52,812 nt of DNA, from NCBI GenBank assembly GCA_029258835.1, contig JAPDJY010000076.1, positions 1-52,812 of the forward strand. Direction: 5' to 3'. Shown here one piece after another: positions 29,260 through 38,743 of the stretch. The notes below the pieces were generated by a model. That model made no database searches. It was not told the DNA's origin and worked only from the letters and a program-made list of their open reading frames with translations. Source of the DNA: Thermoproteota archaeon (GTDB lineage: Archaea > Asgardarchaeota > Jordiarchaeia > Jordiarchaeales > Freyrarchaeaceae). Numbering within the stretch: the stretch's first letter is position 1; every line of letters begins with the position of its first letter. Position numbers and translations under genes: made by a program.

Positions 29260-30125
29260 AGTACACGACCTACTGGGGGTGCATGATAACAACAATAGAG
29301 TACGCATATGAGATTTCCGTGCGTGAAACGTTTCCCAGGCTTGGCGTGGAGCTCGTCGACCTTGACTGGAACGCTTGCTGCGGCTACCCGTTAATGCAGG
29401 TTAACCTGAGGATTTGGCTGTATTTGGCAAGCCGCATTTTAGCGGCGGCACAGGAGAAAGATAACCCTCTTTTCGTACCGTGCAATGGATGCCACATTTC
29501 CCTTTGCGAGGCACAGCACCTTCTGCTCAAACACCCCGAGCTTGTAGGCTGGGTAAATGGGTTGCTGAGCGAGGAGGACATTGAATTTAACCCGCAGAAG
29601 CCACTCAAAATACTTCACACCATAGACCTACTTTACGACGAGCTCGGCTTAGACAGGATTAAGAGTGTCGTCAAGAAGCCACTTGGTTTTAAGCTTGCAT
29701 GCCATTATGGCTGCCACATTCTGCGTCCTACAGAGTACCCTAGAGTCGATGACGCCGAGAACCCTGTGAAAATGGAGGAGATCATAAGGGCTCTTGGAGG
29801 GGAGGCTGAAGATTACCCTGAAAGGCTGGAGTGCTGTGGGGCTGGCGCCAACCTGGTTGAGCCGGAGGCTGTCGCCGCCCTGAGCGGCTGGAAGCTGAAG
29901 GCTGTTAAAGCGAGAGGGTTTGACGCAATGGTGACTTCCTGCCCGGCATGCCAGAATAACTACGATACGAAGCAGGACATGATAAGGCAGGTTACGAAGG
30001 ATCCGGAAATTTCCCTTCCAGTATTCTACTTGACCCAGCTTTTAGGGCTCGCCATGGGGATTGAGCCACGTAAACTTGGAATAGACCTCAACAAGAGCCC
30101 TGTGGAGGAGCTTGTTGACCTTTAG
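29256..30125 (+). CDS. hdrB: Heterodisulfide reductase subunit B
   Basis: YWGC, ACCG, PCNGC, HYGCHILRP, ECCGAG, SCPAC, TQLLGLAMG. Confidence 0.9.
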   Translation: MKYTTYWGCMITTIEYAYEISVRETFPRLGVELVDLDWNACCGYPLMQVNLRIWLYLASRILAAAQEKDNPLFVPCNGCHISLCEAQHLLLKHPELVGWVNGLLSEEDIEFNPQKPLKILHTIDLLYDELGLDRIKSVVKKPLGFKLACHYGCHILRPTEYPRVDDAENPVKMEEIIRALGGEAEDYPERLECCGAGANLVEPEAVAALSGWKLKAVKARGFDAMVTSCPACQNNYDTKQDMIRQVTKDPEISLPVFYLTQLLGLAMGIEPRKLGIDLNKSPVEELVDL

Positions 30126-30723
30126 ACTTAGGCGGCAACGTTTCAGGTATAAGGTCACATCTTAGGAGCGCCCTTGATAGAAGGCGGGCTACGCGTAAAG
30201 GCTCTGGAACTGCACCCTGCAGAGTAAACCTGTTGAGTATGAGGCGTGCTTTCCTAACGGTGACGCCAAGGCAGCGTACCAGAACCCGGTGGCCTGTGTG
30301 AAGCTCCACCGCTTCTCTTTCTCCGAGGCTTCGATATGCTTCTAAGCGTTCCCTCCAGTCAGGGAAATACTCTTTAAGATACTTTTCGATCCCCTCAGAC
30401 TCCTCATAGGTTACGCATATTAACGGCTTCTTTATGGTTTTATAAAGGAGGTTGAGGTCTATTATGTTAAACCAGCTTATTATGCATCCGTTAAGCATGA
30501 TGAAGTTTACGTCGCTCCTATTTAGGTTCTCGTAAAGGTTGATCACGCTTTGGGTGGCGTCCATTCCTCCAATAGTTGTTGTTGAAAAGGAGAAACCATC
30601 TATCTGGAAGTCCCCTCTCATGACGACGCCAGAAATAATAGAGCGCTCACAGTTTTTGACGAAGCTTTCGGCAACCCCTAAAACTCTCACGCCATGCTTA
30701 AGCAAGTAGGCCACCTTAAACAA
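30088..30723 (-). CDS. DUF99 family (endonuclease dU / endonuclease V-like)
   Basis: RVLGVAESF, TIGGMDAT, WFNIID, VPEPLRVARL. Confidence 0.85.
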   Translation of the reverse strand: MFKVAYLLKHGVRVLGVAESFVKNCERSIISGVVMRGDFQIDGFSFSTTTIGGMDATQSVINLYENLNRSDVNFIMLNGCIISWFNIIDLNLLYKTIKKPLICVTYEESEGIEKYLKEYFPDWRERLEAYRSLGEREAVELHTGHRVLVRCLGVTVRKARLILNRFTLQGAVPEPLRVARLLSRALLRCDLIPETLPPKSKGQQAPPQGSC

Positions 30724-31039
30724 GTTTGGTTAGTAGTTCGCGGGCAAGCCACCCCTTCTCGAACGCCTCCCTAAAATTCTCGGACAGGTATGCCTCATTA
30801 ACTAAGGAGAGAGTATTTAAGATCTCGTCGAGAACTTCAACGTTAATCTCCACCTTACCGGTATGCTTCAGGTTAGGTTCGGGTTCTTCTTCGAAGCCGT
30901 GCAGGAGCGAGAGCTTAACCAGAAACACCTCCAGTTTCGCGCGGGCCATCCAGATGTCCATTGCGGGATTGCCACCATCCTCTAGGGAAGCCTTGGCATT
31001 CATAATATGTCGCAATGCAGCGTCTAACTCCTCCAACAC
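30716..31039 (-). CDS. Hypothetical helical protein
   Basis: Open frame overlapping the DUF99 start; GGTGA upstream. Confidence 0.6.
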   Translation of the reverse strand: MLEELDAALRHIMNAKASLEDGGNPAMDIWMARAKLEVFLVKLSLLHGFEEEPEPNLKHTGKVEINVEVLDEILNTLSLVNEAYLSENFREAFEKGWLARELLTKLV

Positions 31040-31144
31040 GGATCACCAGAAAGCGTACCGACTCCAAATTTAACAAGATGAAAGGAAAGATAAAAAGATT
31101 ATTTTTCTCCTTCGAGAGCTTGGAGGGGGGAAACAGTGTTATCA

Positions 31145-31192
31145 GGAGAACCCGCAGGAACGGCGGATGGTGAACCGTTCCTGCAGGCTCCC
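31145..31192 (-). other. Strong 18-bp RNA hairpin 3' of longin-like gene
   Basis: Minus-strand GGGAGCCUGCAGGAACGG / CCGUUCCUGCGGGUUCUC pairs continuously with three G-U pairs, 11-nt loop. Confidence 0.6.
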
Positions 31193-31208
31193 CACCCCAC
31201 CCCCTTCA

Positions 31209-31664
31209 TTAACTCTCGGTAAGAATGCTTTTCAGGTCGTTTTCGAGTTCAGCCCTGTAAATCTCCTTTCTCCTGATCAAGTTTATTAGGTGGCTGCGGA
31301 AGGATTCGAATGCTTTTACGTCTCCATCCCAGCTGTCTAGGGAGCTACCATAGATCTTTAGAAATTCAGAGCCCGCCCTTTCAGCTAGTATTTTTGCTTC
31401 GTTTTCATCGTCGCCTATGGTAATCGTTATAATGCCGCCAAACTCTTTGAGGACTATTTGGAGAGAGCCGATCTTTATCGTGTGAACCCTTTCATTAAGC
31501 TCAGACTTAGCAACCTGTAACATGGCGGATAACAAACCGGCCGTTAAGGTTGGGTTCTTAAACAGTTTTTGGCTATCTTCCCTGTGTTGGAATATGGGTA
31601 CACCATCCTTTACAATCCATACTTCCTGTATCAAGAAGAACCCAGCCTCCAGCCACGAGAGCAA
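31209..31664 (-). CDS. Longin/roadblock-like domain protein (Asgard-type)
   Basis: VWIVKDGVPIF, LTAGLLSAMLQVAKSE, FLKIYG..WDGDVKAFESF pattern. Confidence 0.65.
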   Translation of the reverse strand: MLSWLEAGFFLIQEVWIVKDGVPIFQHREDSQKLFKNPTLTAGLLSAMLQVAKSELNERVHTIKIGSLQIVLKEFGGIITITIGDDENEAKILAERAGSEFLKIYGSSLDSWDGDVKAFESFRSHLINLIRRKEIYRAELENDLKSILTES

Positions 31665-32011
31665 ATTAGAGGTACCATACTGATACTTTTATCGTTACTT
31701 TTACTTAAAAATTTTTCTCGGAAAATAAATTAAATAAAATTTAATCTGATGAATTGAAAAATACGTAAGGAATAACCGAGAATGCGAAAAACGTAAAAAA
31801 CAGACAGAGTGCTGCAATTCTTCACGCGTAAAACGACGTCCATTGTAGAAAAGGGAAAGCTCGACGAGAAGGGAGACTTTAAAAGAGGGAAAGTAAGAGG
31901 CAGTAGTAGGGGGAACGTTAAAAGAGAACCTTACCGGTTGATGAAGGTTATAAAGGGTATGAGGAGGAACCTCCACCCCCTGTAATTACCCGTCCTCGGA
32001 GGCTGCATAGC

Positions 32012-33445
32012 TTGAGGAGAGGAAACCTGGAAGATGCTTTCAACCCGGAGAGCATGGCCGTGGTTGGTGCATCAAGTAAGAGAGACTACTTTTTTCTACG
32101 GTCCTTTCTAAGGGGATTTAGAGGTAAAGTTTACGCTGTCAACCCGAGGAGGAGCGAGATACCGGAGTTGAACATGACGGTTTACCCGAGCGTGGCAACT
32201 ATCCCTGGTAGGGTTGACTATGTTTTCGTTGAAACGAGCGCCCCTAATGTTCCAGGGGTTGTAGAGGATTGCGTTAGGAAAGGAGTGAAGCTCATCGCTA
32301 TTTTCACGGCTGGCTTCAGCGAGACTGGACGGGATGAAGGGAAAACCTTGGAGGAGAGGATTAAGGAGACGGTTAAGGGGAGCAATACAAGGGTTCTTGG
32401 GCCAAACTGCCTTGGACTCTACAATCCGCGAGTTGGGTTAGCTTGGAGGATAAATTTCCCTCTCGAACCTGGAGACGTAGGATTCATAAGCCAGAGCGGC
32501 GGACTGGCAAATCTTGTCATCCTCTACGGCTACAATAGAGGGTTAAGGTTTAGCAAGGTGGTGAGCTTTGGCAATGCCTGTGACATAGACTTCATGGAGT
32601 TACTTGAGTACTTTAGAGATGACGAGGAAACAAGGGTTGTAGGGGCATACCTTGAAGGTGTGAACGATGGAAGAGGATTAACGGAAGCTTGCCTTGAGGT
32701 GTCTTTAAGGAAGCCGCTTATCATGTGGAAAGGTGGAAGAAGTGAGGATGGAGCCAGAGCGTGCACGTCGCACACAGGTTCTCTGGCTGGTTCATACACT
32801 ATCTGGAAGGCCGTTTTCAAGCAAGCAGGGATTGTAGAGGTTAAAACACTCGAAGAACTCATAGACACAGCGTTAGGATTTTCGTTCCTCCCACCCTTTA
32901 ACGGCAACAGGGTAGGCACCATATCCTTAAGTGGCGGTGCAAGCGTCACGATAACAGACCTTCTCTCGGATGTTGGATTCAGGGTTCCTCCTTTAGAGAA
33001 GGATACTATAGAGGAAATAGAAGGAGTCGTCAGGGAAGTGTATCCTGAGGGGATAAGCGTCGTAAACCCAGTTGACATTTCAGCAGCATACTATAATCCT
33101 GACGTAGTCTTAGCGGTAATTAAAGCTGTAAGTGGAGATCCAAACATAGACATAGTCGTATTTGACCTGCCAATAGTTTACCTTGCATCATACTGGAAGA
33201 AAAGTGATAACTTCGAGGAGAAGTTCGTGGATGCTATGGTTAAAGGTGGAAAAGAAACATTGAAGAAGGGAAAACCATTCATGGTTGTGCTATCCCCTGT
33301 AGGACACGAGGAGTTATGGGTTAAAGTTAAAGATAGACTAACTGCTTCACGAATACCAGTTTACCCAGATATGAGAAGAACATGCGAAGCTTTAAGGAAC
33401 GTCAAGGGCTACTATGAATTTCTAAAAGCAAGAAGAAAGGTTTGA
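32012..33445 (+). CDS. ADP-forming acyl-CoA synthetase alpha-subunit-like (CoA-binding)
   Basis: AVVGAS, GPNCLG, SQSGG, SHTGS phospho-His, NPVD. Confidence 0.88.
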   Translation: MRRGNLEDAFNPESMAVVGASSKRDYFFLRSFLRGFRGKVYAVNPRRSEIPELNMTVYPSVATIPGRVDYVFVETSAPNVPGVVEDCVRKGVKLIAIFTAGFSETGRDEGKTLEERIKETVKGSNTRVLGPNCLGLYNPRVGLAWRINFPLEPGDVGFISQSGGLANLVILYGYNRGLRFSKVVSFGNACDIDFMELLEYFRDDEETRVVGAYLEGVNDGRGLTEACLEVSLRKPLIMWKGGRSEDGARACTSHTGSLAGSYTIWKAVFKQAGIVEVKTLEELIDTALGFSFLPPFNGNRVGTISLSGGASVTITDLLSDVGFRVPPLEKDTIEEIEGVVREVYPEGISVVNPVDISAAYYNPDVVLAVIKAVSGDPNIDIVVFDLPIVYLASYWKKSDNFEEKFVDAMVKGGKETLKKGKPFMVVLSPVGHEELWVKVKDRLTASRIPVYPDMRRTCEALRNVKGYYEFLKARRKV

Positions 33446-33474
33446 CATAAAAAGAGAAAAGAAGAAAACCATGT

Positions 33475-33618
33475 TTATTCTTTAGTAGATTCGTAATAAA
33501 CTAGGTTACATTTTGAGCACTCAAAGACGTTAACTCTTTTTGATCTTGTTTTACCTATCGGTGTGAGCACAGTTCCAAGTTTAACTCCGCTTGAGGCGCA
33601 CCTTGGACACGAACCCAT
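33475..33618 (-). CDS. 47-aa zinc-ribbon microprotein (not in ORF track)
   Basis: MGSCPRCASSGVKLGTVLTPIGKTRSKRVNVFECSKCNLVYYESTKE; CxxC...CxxC; RBS-like GGTGGTGA upstream. Confidence 0.75.
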   Translation of the reverse strand: MGSCPRCASSGVKLGTVLTPIGKTRSKRVNVFECSKCNLVYYESTKE

Positions 33619-34049
33619 CAAGGTCACCACCAAAAATATTCTTTGATATCTCTAAGATGAAAATTTCCTAATTTTGAATTTCGGGAAAACATTTACCGTT
33701 TAACATTCCTATTGGATAGATAGATTAGAACCGACAAATACTGAAAAGTGTACCATGAAATTATAAAGAAAATTATAAAATTGATTCGTTAACCAACTTA
33801 TATGGCACTTTTAGGTGGGAAGATAGAAGGGTTAAAAAAAATAATTTTATTTGAAGGGAAGCGCAATCGAAAATATCAATGTTCAATCGTTTATTTTTAT
33901 AAGATTTACTTATGAAAAATGTAAAAAATTGTTTTTTATCGTGATACAACCAAAAGTTTTTAAGGGAAGGAAAGCATAAAAATATTGCAATAGATTGGAG
34001 GGATAGTTGAGGCAATTACAAATATGTTCTCGATGTTCTCAGGGAAGGG

Positions 34050-34580
34050 GTGTATGATTTGATTGTAATTAAACTTCTTGTGGAAGGTGATGGTGGGGTT
34101 GGGAAGACAACTCTTGTGAGGAGATATTGTCAGGGAGTATACTTTGATGGAAAAATGACTATAGGAGTTGAGTTTGAGAAGAAAGTTGTCAAGTTTAACG
34201 GAGAAGACGTTACACTTATGATATGGGATTTCGGCGGGGAGGAAAGGTTTAGAGAGTTCCTTCCCAGCTTTTGCAGGGGCGCCAATGCAGCTCTCTTAGT
34301 TTACGATGTTACTAGGAAAAAGTCATTGTTGAACTTGGAGGAGTGGCTTAAACTTACAAGGAGGCATGCCGGGGACATACCAGTTATACTTGTTGGAGCT
34401 AAATGTGACTTGGAGAAGAAGGTTTTCGAGGAGGACGTGAGGAAGTTTATGCAGGAGAATAATGTAGCCTATTGGGTTGAAACCAGTTCAAAGAATAATA
34501 TTAATGTCGAGAAACCATTCGGGCTTGCTGTTAAACTTGTTATGGAGCGAGTTGGAATGGTTACGAACGTTGTAGCTTAG
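34050..34580 (+). CDS. Rab-like small GTPase
   Basis: G1 GDGGVGKT, G2 TIGVEF, G3 WDFGGEE, G4 GAKCD, G5 ETSSK; LVYDVT. Confidence 0.92.
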   Translation: MYDLIVIKLLVEGDGGVGKTTLVRRYCQGVYFDGKMTIGVEFEKKVVKFNGEDVTLMIWDFGGEERFREFLPSFCRGANAALLVYDVTRKKSLLNLEEWLKLTRRHAGDIPVILVGAKCDLEKKVFEEDVRKFMQENNVAYWVETSSKNNINVEKPFGLAVKLVMERVGMVTNVVA

Positions 34581-34592
34581 GAAGTTACCAAG

Positions 34593-35825
34593 TTACTTTT
34601 TCACTTCTACGTCGGAGAGCGAGGTATTCCACCATGGTTTCCCCCACTTTTCGGGGGATTCTGGTAGTTCACTAAGAAGAATATTACATTTTTCACATAC
34701 TTTCTCCTTAGCTTTATTTGAGCATTTTAGCGGAATTTCATCTATGTTTTGTGTTAGCATTTCAAGGTTTAAGCGTACCGTTTTCCTGAGTTTCTTGTCC
34801 TTTGAAAGTATTTGGTTTAGTTTTTGCATGTTTAATTGTTCTCTCGTCTCATTTTGCCTGCCAGACGATTTTTGGTCTTCGTCTACTATTTCATGGTCGT
34901 GTAGGAGAGCGCAAACGTCGACTATGTCTTTATACTCCATTCCTATGATGAACTTGTCATCGTTGAAGTACGGGTATGGAAGGATACGGTAAGACATTCC
35001 CATGTCTTCAAGGTGTTTTATGTATTTTTTAGGGTGATCCTCTATGAACTGGCACTTCGTTAAGAGAAGTTTCTCCAACCCGATGGTGTAAAGGTTTCTT
35101 ACTCCTGGCTCTTTAAGTTCCTCTCTAACATCTATGGTGTGCCGCATTTCTATCTCGTCGGTTAGTATGTCCATGACACCTATGACGGGGACTTCACAGC
35201 CATGCTCGTCCTTTTCAACGGCGTCTATTCCCCTCACCCTCCACCGTTTCCCCCTCCTCATAGCGTTGAAAACCTTGTCTGACATGAGGAGGAAGTGGGT
35301 GTGTAGGCTTCCGAAAATGTGGCCAAGGCATAAAAGCAAATTTTTAGCGGCACTACCATGACTTCTCGGCACGACTATGTCTATGTCATTCAGCTTCCTT
35401 TCGAACTCTCCACCCTTATTTGAACTTTTACAGTGAAGCTTGAACGCGCCTCCACCGAAAAGCCTTATTGGGATGGGAGAACTATTAACTTTCTTTTTCC
35501 CGATTACTTTCTTGAGTGTTTCCTCGTGCTCGTTAACCTTATGAATGTTCTCGCCGGCCCAAAGTATTAAAAGCGCTCTCTTCATGGGAATGTATTCGGT
35601 ATCTATGTAATTACAGTCACTTAGTCCAAGATCTTTTTTTAGGGATTCAACGTCCACGTTTGAGGATAACGGGAGAGATATCTCCAGCCTAGTTCCACCA
35701 TGATCTTCGCAAATTACAACTTTGTCATAGCTTACATTTCCCGTCAAACAGTAATTCACGCCCCACGCGGCTTTTAGCAGGATTCTATCACGGTTTACGC
35801 TTCGTATTTTATATTTAGACCACAT
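34593..35825 (-). CDS. Hypothetical protein with nucleotidyltransferase-like motifs
   Basis: RLFGGGAFKLH...NDIDIVV (GG-A + DxD), LLLTKCQ, KDIVD. Confidence 0.6.
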   Translation of the reverse strand: MWSKYKIRSVNRDRILLKAAWGVNYCLTGNVSYDKVVICEDHGGTRLEISLPLSSNVDVESLKKDLGLSDCNYIDTEYIPMKRALLILWAGENIHKVNEHEETLKKVIGKKKVNSSPIPIRLFGGGAFKLHCKSSNKGGEFERKLNDIDIVVPRSHGSAAKNLLLCLGHIFGSLHTHFLLMSDKVFNAMRRGKRWRVRGIDAVEKDEHGCEVPVIGVMDILTDEIEMRHTIDVREELKEPGVRNLYTIGLEKLLLTKCQFIEDHPKKYIKHLEDMGMSYRILPYPYFNDDKFIIGMEYKDIVDVCALLHDHEIVDEDQKSSGRQNETREQLNMQKLNQILSKDKKLRKTVRLNLEMLTQNIDEIPLKCSNKAKEKVCEKCNILLSELPESPEKWGKPWWNTSLSDVEVKK

Positions 35826-35990
35826 AGAGGGGAACCTTATTTTAAATATTTTGTTCGTTTAAATATTTTGCCCGGTTTTACTTGGCCAATTTAGCATTTT
35901 CCAGTTTAATGGCTGGCGGTCTTGAGGGGGTAGTTGGGTTGCTGGCTGCTTACTTTATTATAATACTGAGATGATAGGCGATTTTAAATA

Positions 35991-36797
35991 TTGAAAAGTT
36001 TAAATTGTTGTTTGGTTAATTCGGGTTTATTTCCACTGGATGTGGCGGTGAAGGCCATGTATGAGGTAACCGTGAGGAAGCTTAGGGAAAACGTGAAGCT
36101 TAAAGATCCTGTTTGCGTTCACGCACTTCCAGATATAACAGAAGTAGGCGTTACAGCCGTTAAAAGGCTGGTTGAAGCGCTGGGAGCAGAGAAGATAGTT
36201 GAGGTAGAATTTACTGATATGCCTCCGATAGTTATAGTGGAGAATGGAATTGTAAGGCCGCCGCAGGTCCACTTTTACGCTTGGAGGAACCCTGGCAGGG
36301 AGGAAGACCTTTTGCTTATAATAGGTGACGACCAGCCTATGACTGCTCCCGGAATATATGCTTTATCGGAGCAAATAGCTAAGTTGATATCGGAGTTAAA
36401 CGTCAAGTTTCTGGTTGCACTGGGAGGATACCTTTCAGATTCTGATAGTGGTGAGAGAAGCGTATACTTCACCAGTACAGGAGAGCTGGGCGAGTTCTCT
36501 GGTATGGGAAAGCTTGAAAGGATGCCTAAGGGGGAGATTATGGGTGCTAATGGACTAGTTCCAACAATCGCTAAGGGGAAGTATGGGATCAACGGTGTAA
36601 TACTTCTTTCTGAAACAAACGGGAAGTTAGCTGCAATCGGTCAAAGCGATGAGGAAGCCGTAGCCGCGCTTCTCAGAACCCTTAAAAAATACCTTAAACT
36701 CCCCATCGACGAGGAAAAAATGAAAGTTACAGAGAAGAAAACGAGAACCGCTGAGATGTGTGAAGAAAAGATCGAATATCAAACTTACATATACTAA
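35991..36797 (+). CDS. PAC2-family proteasome assembly chaperone-like protein (start probably near 36057)
   Basis: LPDITEVG, IIGDDQP, ALGGY, IMGANGL, LLSET, C-terminal YIY. Confidence 0.8.
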   Translation: MKSLNCCLVNSGLFPLDVAVKAMYEVTVRKLRENVKLKDPVCVHALPDITEVGVTAVKRLVEALGAEKIVEVEFTDMPPIVIVENGIVRPPQVHFYAWRNPGREEDLLLIIGDDQPMTAPGIYALSEQIAKLISELNVKFLVALGGYLSDSDSGERSVYFTSTGELGEFSGMGKLERMPKGEIMGANGLVPTIAKGKYGINGVILLSETNGKLAAIGQSDEEAVAALLRTLKKYLKLPIDEEKMKVTEKKTRTAEMCEEKIEYQTYIY

Positions 36798-36900
36798 TAT
36801 TTAGAACGGGCAACGCTTTTATCAATGATGGGCTTTTCTATATTCATAGGAGAATTCGCAATGAAGTACGCATTTCCCATCTTTTAAAAATGTAAAACTA

Positions 36901-37233
36901 TTATGTTTCCTTGACTTTTTCCACTAGTTCTGAGGTCTCCATAATGGAGTCTAGGGCTAATTCGTGAAGGATTTCAAGTAGCTTAAAGACTAAGGGGCGT
37001 TTTACCCTGTAAATTTTCCTTTGAGCTTGTCTTTCGTAGTCTAATATTCCGGCGTCTATTAATATTTGAGCGTGCTGGGAGATGGTTGACTGCGACTTTC
37101 CAAGGGAGGGGATCAGTTCACACTGACACTTCTCACCTTCTCTTAGAAGGTCTAAGATTTTAAGTCGTGTCTCTTCGCTTAGAGCTTTTAGAATCTCCAC
37201 TTTTTTCCTTAAAAGGGGATCGCCGCTCTGCAA
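36901..37233 (-). CDS. ArsR/SmtB transcriptional regulator
   Basis: KALSEETRLKILDLL..GEKCQCEL..SQSTISQH; CxC in the alpha3 site. Confidence 0.88.
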   Translation of the reverse strand: MQSGDPLLRKKVEILKALSEETRLKILDLLREGEKCQCELIPSLGKSQSTISQHAQILIDAGILDYERQAQRKIYRVKRPLVFKLLEILHELALDSIMETSELVEKVKET

Positions 37234-37437
37234 CCTACCACCTTAGGCATGTTTAACTTTTTTACTAAAAATATAGGCATATTAAAATACTTAAATTTAA
37301 TTGGCATCATCTGTTCAGCGGACCACAAAATTTTAGTCTATTTTGCCTGTAGACAGCAGCGACGAAGAGCGGCCATGCAGTAATCAATAACGTATTGGGT
37401 TTTAGCTTCCATTATCCCCGCTTGACGAGAAACGGTT

Positions 37438-38640
37438 ATGTTTGCTTATGTTTTTAGGGGTAAGTTGGAGGAGCAGGGTTTGAGTTGGGTTTGGCAGCTT
37501 ATACCTAGTCGATGCACTGTATGTGGGGGGAAGCTGGAGAAGCCTGTCAAGGTGGGAAACGTAGGATTCGCTCAACATCCCGAGTGCTTCTTCGGGTACT
37601 GGAAGGAGCAGGGGCGCGTTCCAGTCATAGAGGTACTGCGAGTATTTAAGGGCTCACCCCTTAAGACGGCAAACATGGAGTGTTTGATGGGTAAGTACTC
37701 ACTTAACCTCACGGATGGGTGCCCCCACTGCTGCGTTTACTGTTACGCTAGAGCTATGCCGTCCTCACCGCCCCATGGAGCGTTCTTTACGAGGAAGAGC
37801 ATTTTGGCGAGGGTGAGAGGCTTCGTGGAGCATTCACGCGTCGTTAAGCCAGTTTACATGTCCCCTGTAAGCGACCCGCTGGCAACTAAGAAGTTAGCTG
37901 AGACTACTGTTAGCCTAGCAGAGTTCTTCGTATCACAGGGAATTCCCTTTTACCTAGTGACGAAGGGTGAGGTTCCCATTAGGCTTCTTAAAGTTGTGGA
38001 GGGATTCCCGTTCTTTGCCCTCCAAGTCTCCCTTAACACCTTAGACAGGGACGTATCCCGTTTTTTGGAGCCGAATGCGCCTCCCCCGGAGGTTAGGGTT
38101 AGAAACCTTGTCAGGGCAAAGGATTATGGCGTGTTCACGATCCTAAGGGAGGACCCGCACATGCCGTTCCTAACCGACCACCCGAAGCAAATCGAGGAAC
38201 TCACTCAGACAGCTTTGGACATAGATGTAAATCACATAATAGGGAGTTTTATGGGGTTGAGGGTTGCGTCCCCGAGCCATAAGGAGTACCTTTACCTTTG
38301 GTTTAAAGTTAATGGGAGGGGAGAACTCGTAGAGAAGTATGAGCGCCTCTTCGCTAGGGGGAAGACCATTTCAGGCTATAGGGTTGCAGACGAGAGCTAT
38401 AGGTTTCAGAGGCTTAAAATGATAAGAGATTTGATTTTAAAGGCGAAGGGTAAAACTACTTATGGGTTGTGCATGGAGGGGCTGCCAAGCCTGTGGATAG
38501 GAGATAAATGTGAAGGATTCCACTTTCCCCCTGTAAAGAGAAGGGACGGCAGGTTCGTACCCATCGAGGGGTGCACGGGGAAATGCAGAGTTTGCAGGAC
38601 TCCATGCACCCCTAGGCAGGTTAAGCTCTTCACCGGATGA
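37438..38640 (+). CDS. Spore-photoproduct-lyase-like radical SAM protein
   Basis: GCPHCCVYCYA, SPVSDP, VTKG, LEPNAPPP..R; extra Cys clusters at both termini. Confidence 0.8.
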   Translation: MFAYVFRGKLEEQGLSWVWQLIPSRCTVCGGKLEKPVKVGNVGFAQHPECFFGYWKEQGRVPVIEVLRVFKGSPLKTANMECLMGKYSLNLTDGCPHCCVYCYARAMPSSPPHGAFFTRKSILARVRGFVEHSRVVKPVYMSPVSDPLATKKLAETTVSLAEFFVSQGIPFYLVTKGEVPIRLLKVVEGFPFFALQVSLNTLDRDVSRFLEPNAPPPEVRVRNLVRAKDYGVFTILREDPHMPFLTDHPKQIEELTQTALDIDVNHIIGSFMGLRVASPSHKEYLYLWFKVNGRGELVEKYERLFARGKTISGYRVADESYRFQRLKMIRDLILKAKGKTTYGLCMEGLPSLWIGDKCEGFHFPPVKRRDGRFVPIEGCTGKCRVCRTPCTPRQVKLFTG

Positions 38641-38743
38641 AAAAGGCAAAATCGAGCTTTTAGGAGAAGTGCTTATGCTAGAGAGACCGGAATTGATGGA
38701 GGTGGAGATGGTAATGATTCACAGAGCGTGGCGGAGGGGAACG

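Noticed and set aside
31701-31976. ORF 31701-31976 (and similarly 33773-34015)
   Set aside because: Low-complexity translations of AT-rich promoter regions
37270-37283. AATAT-AGGC-ATATT palindrome as an ArsR operator
   Set aside because: Too short and AT-rich to distinguish from background
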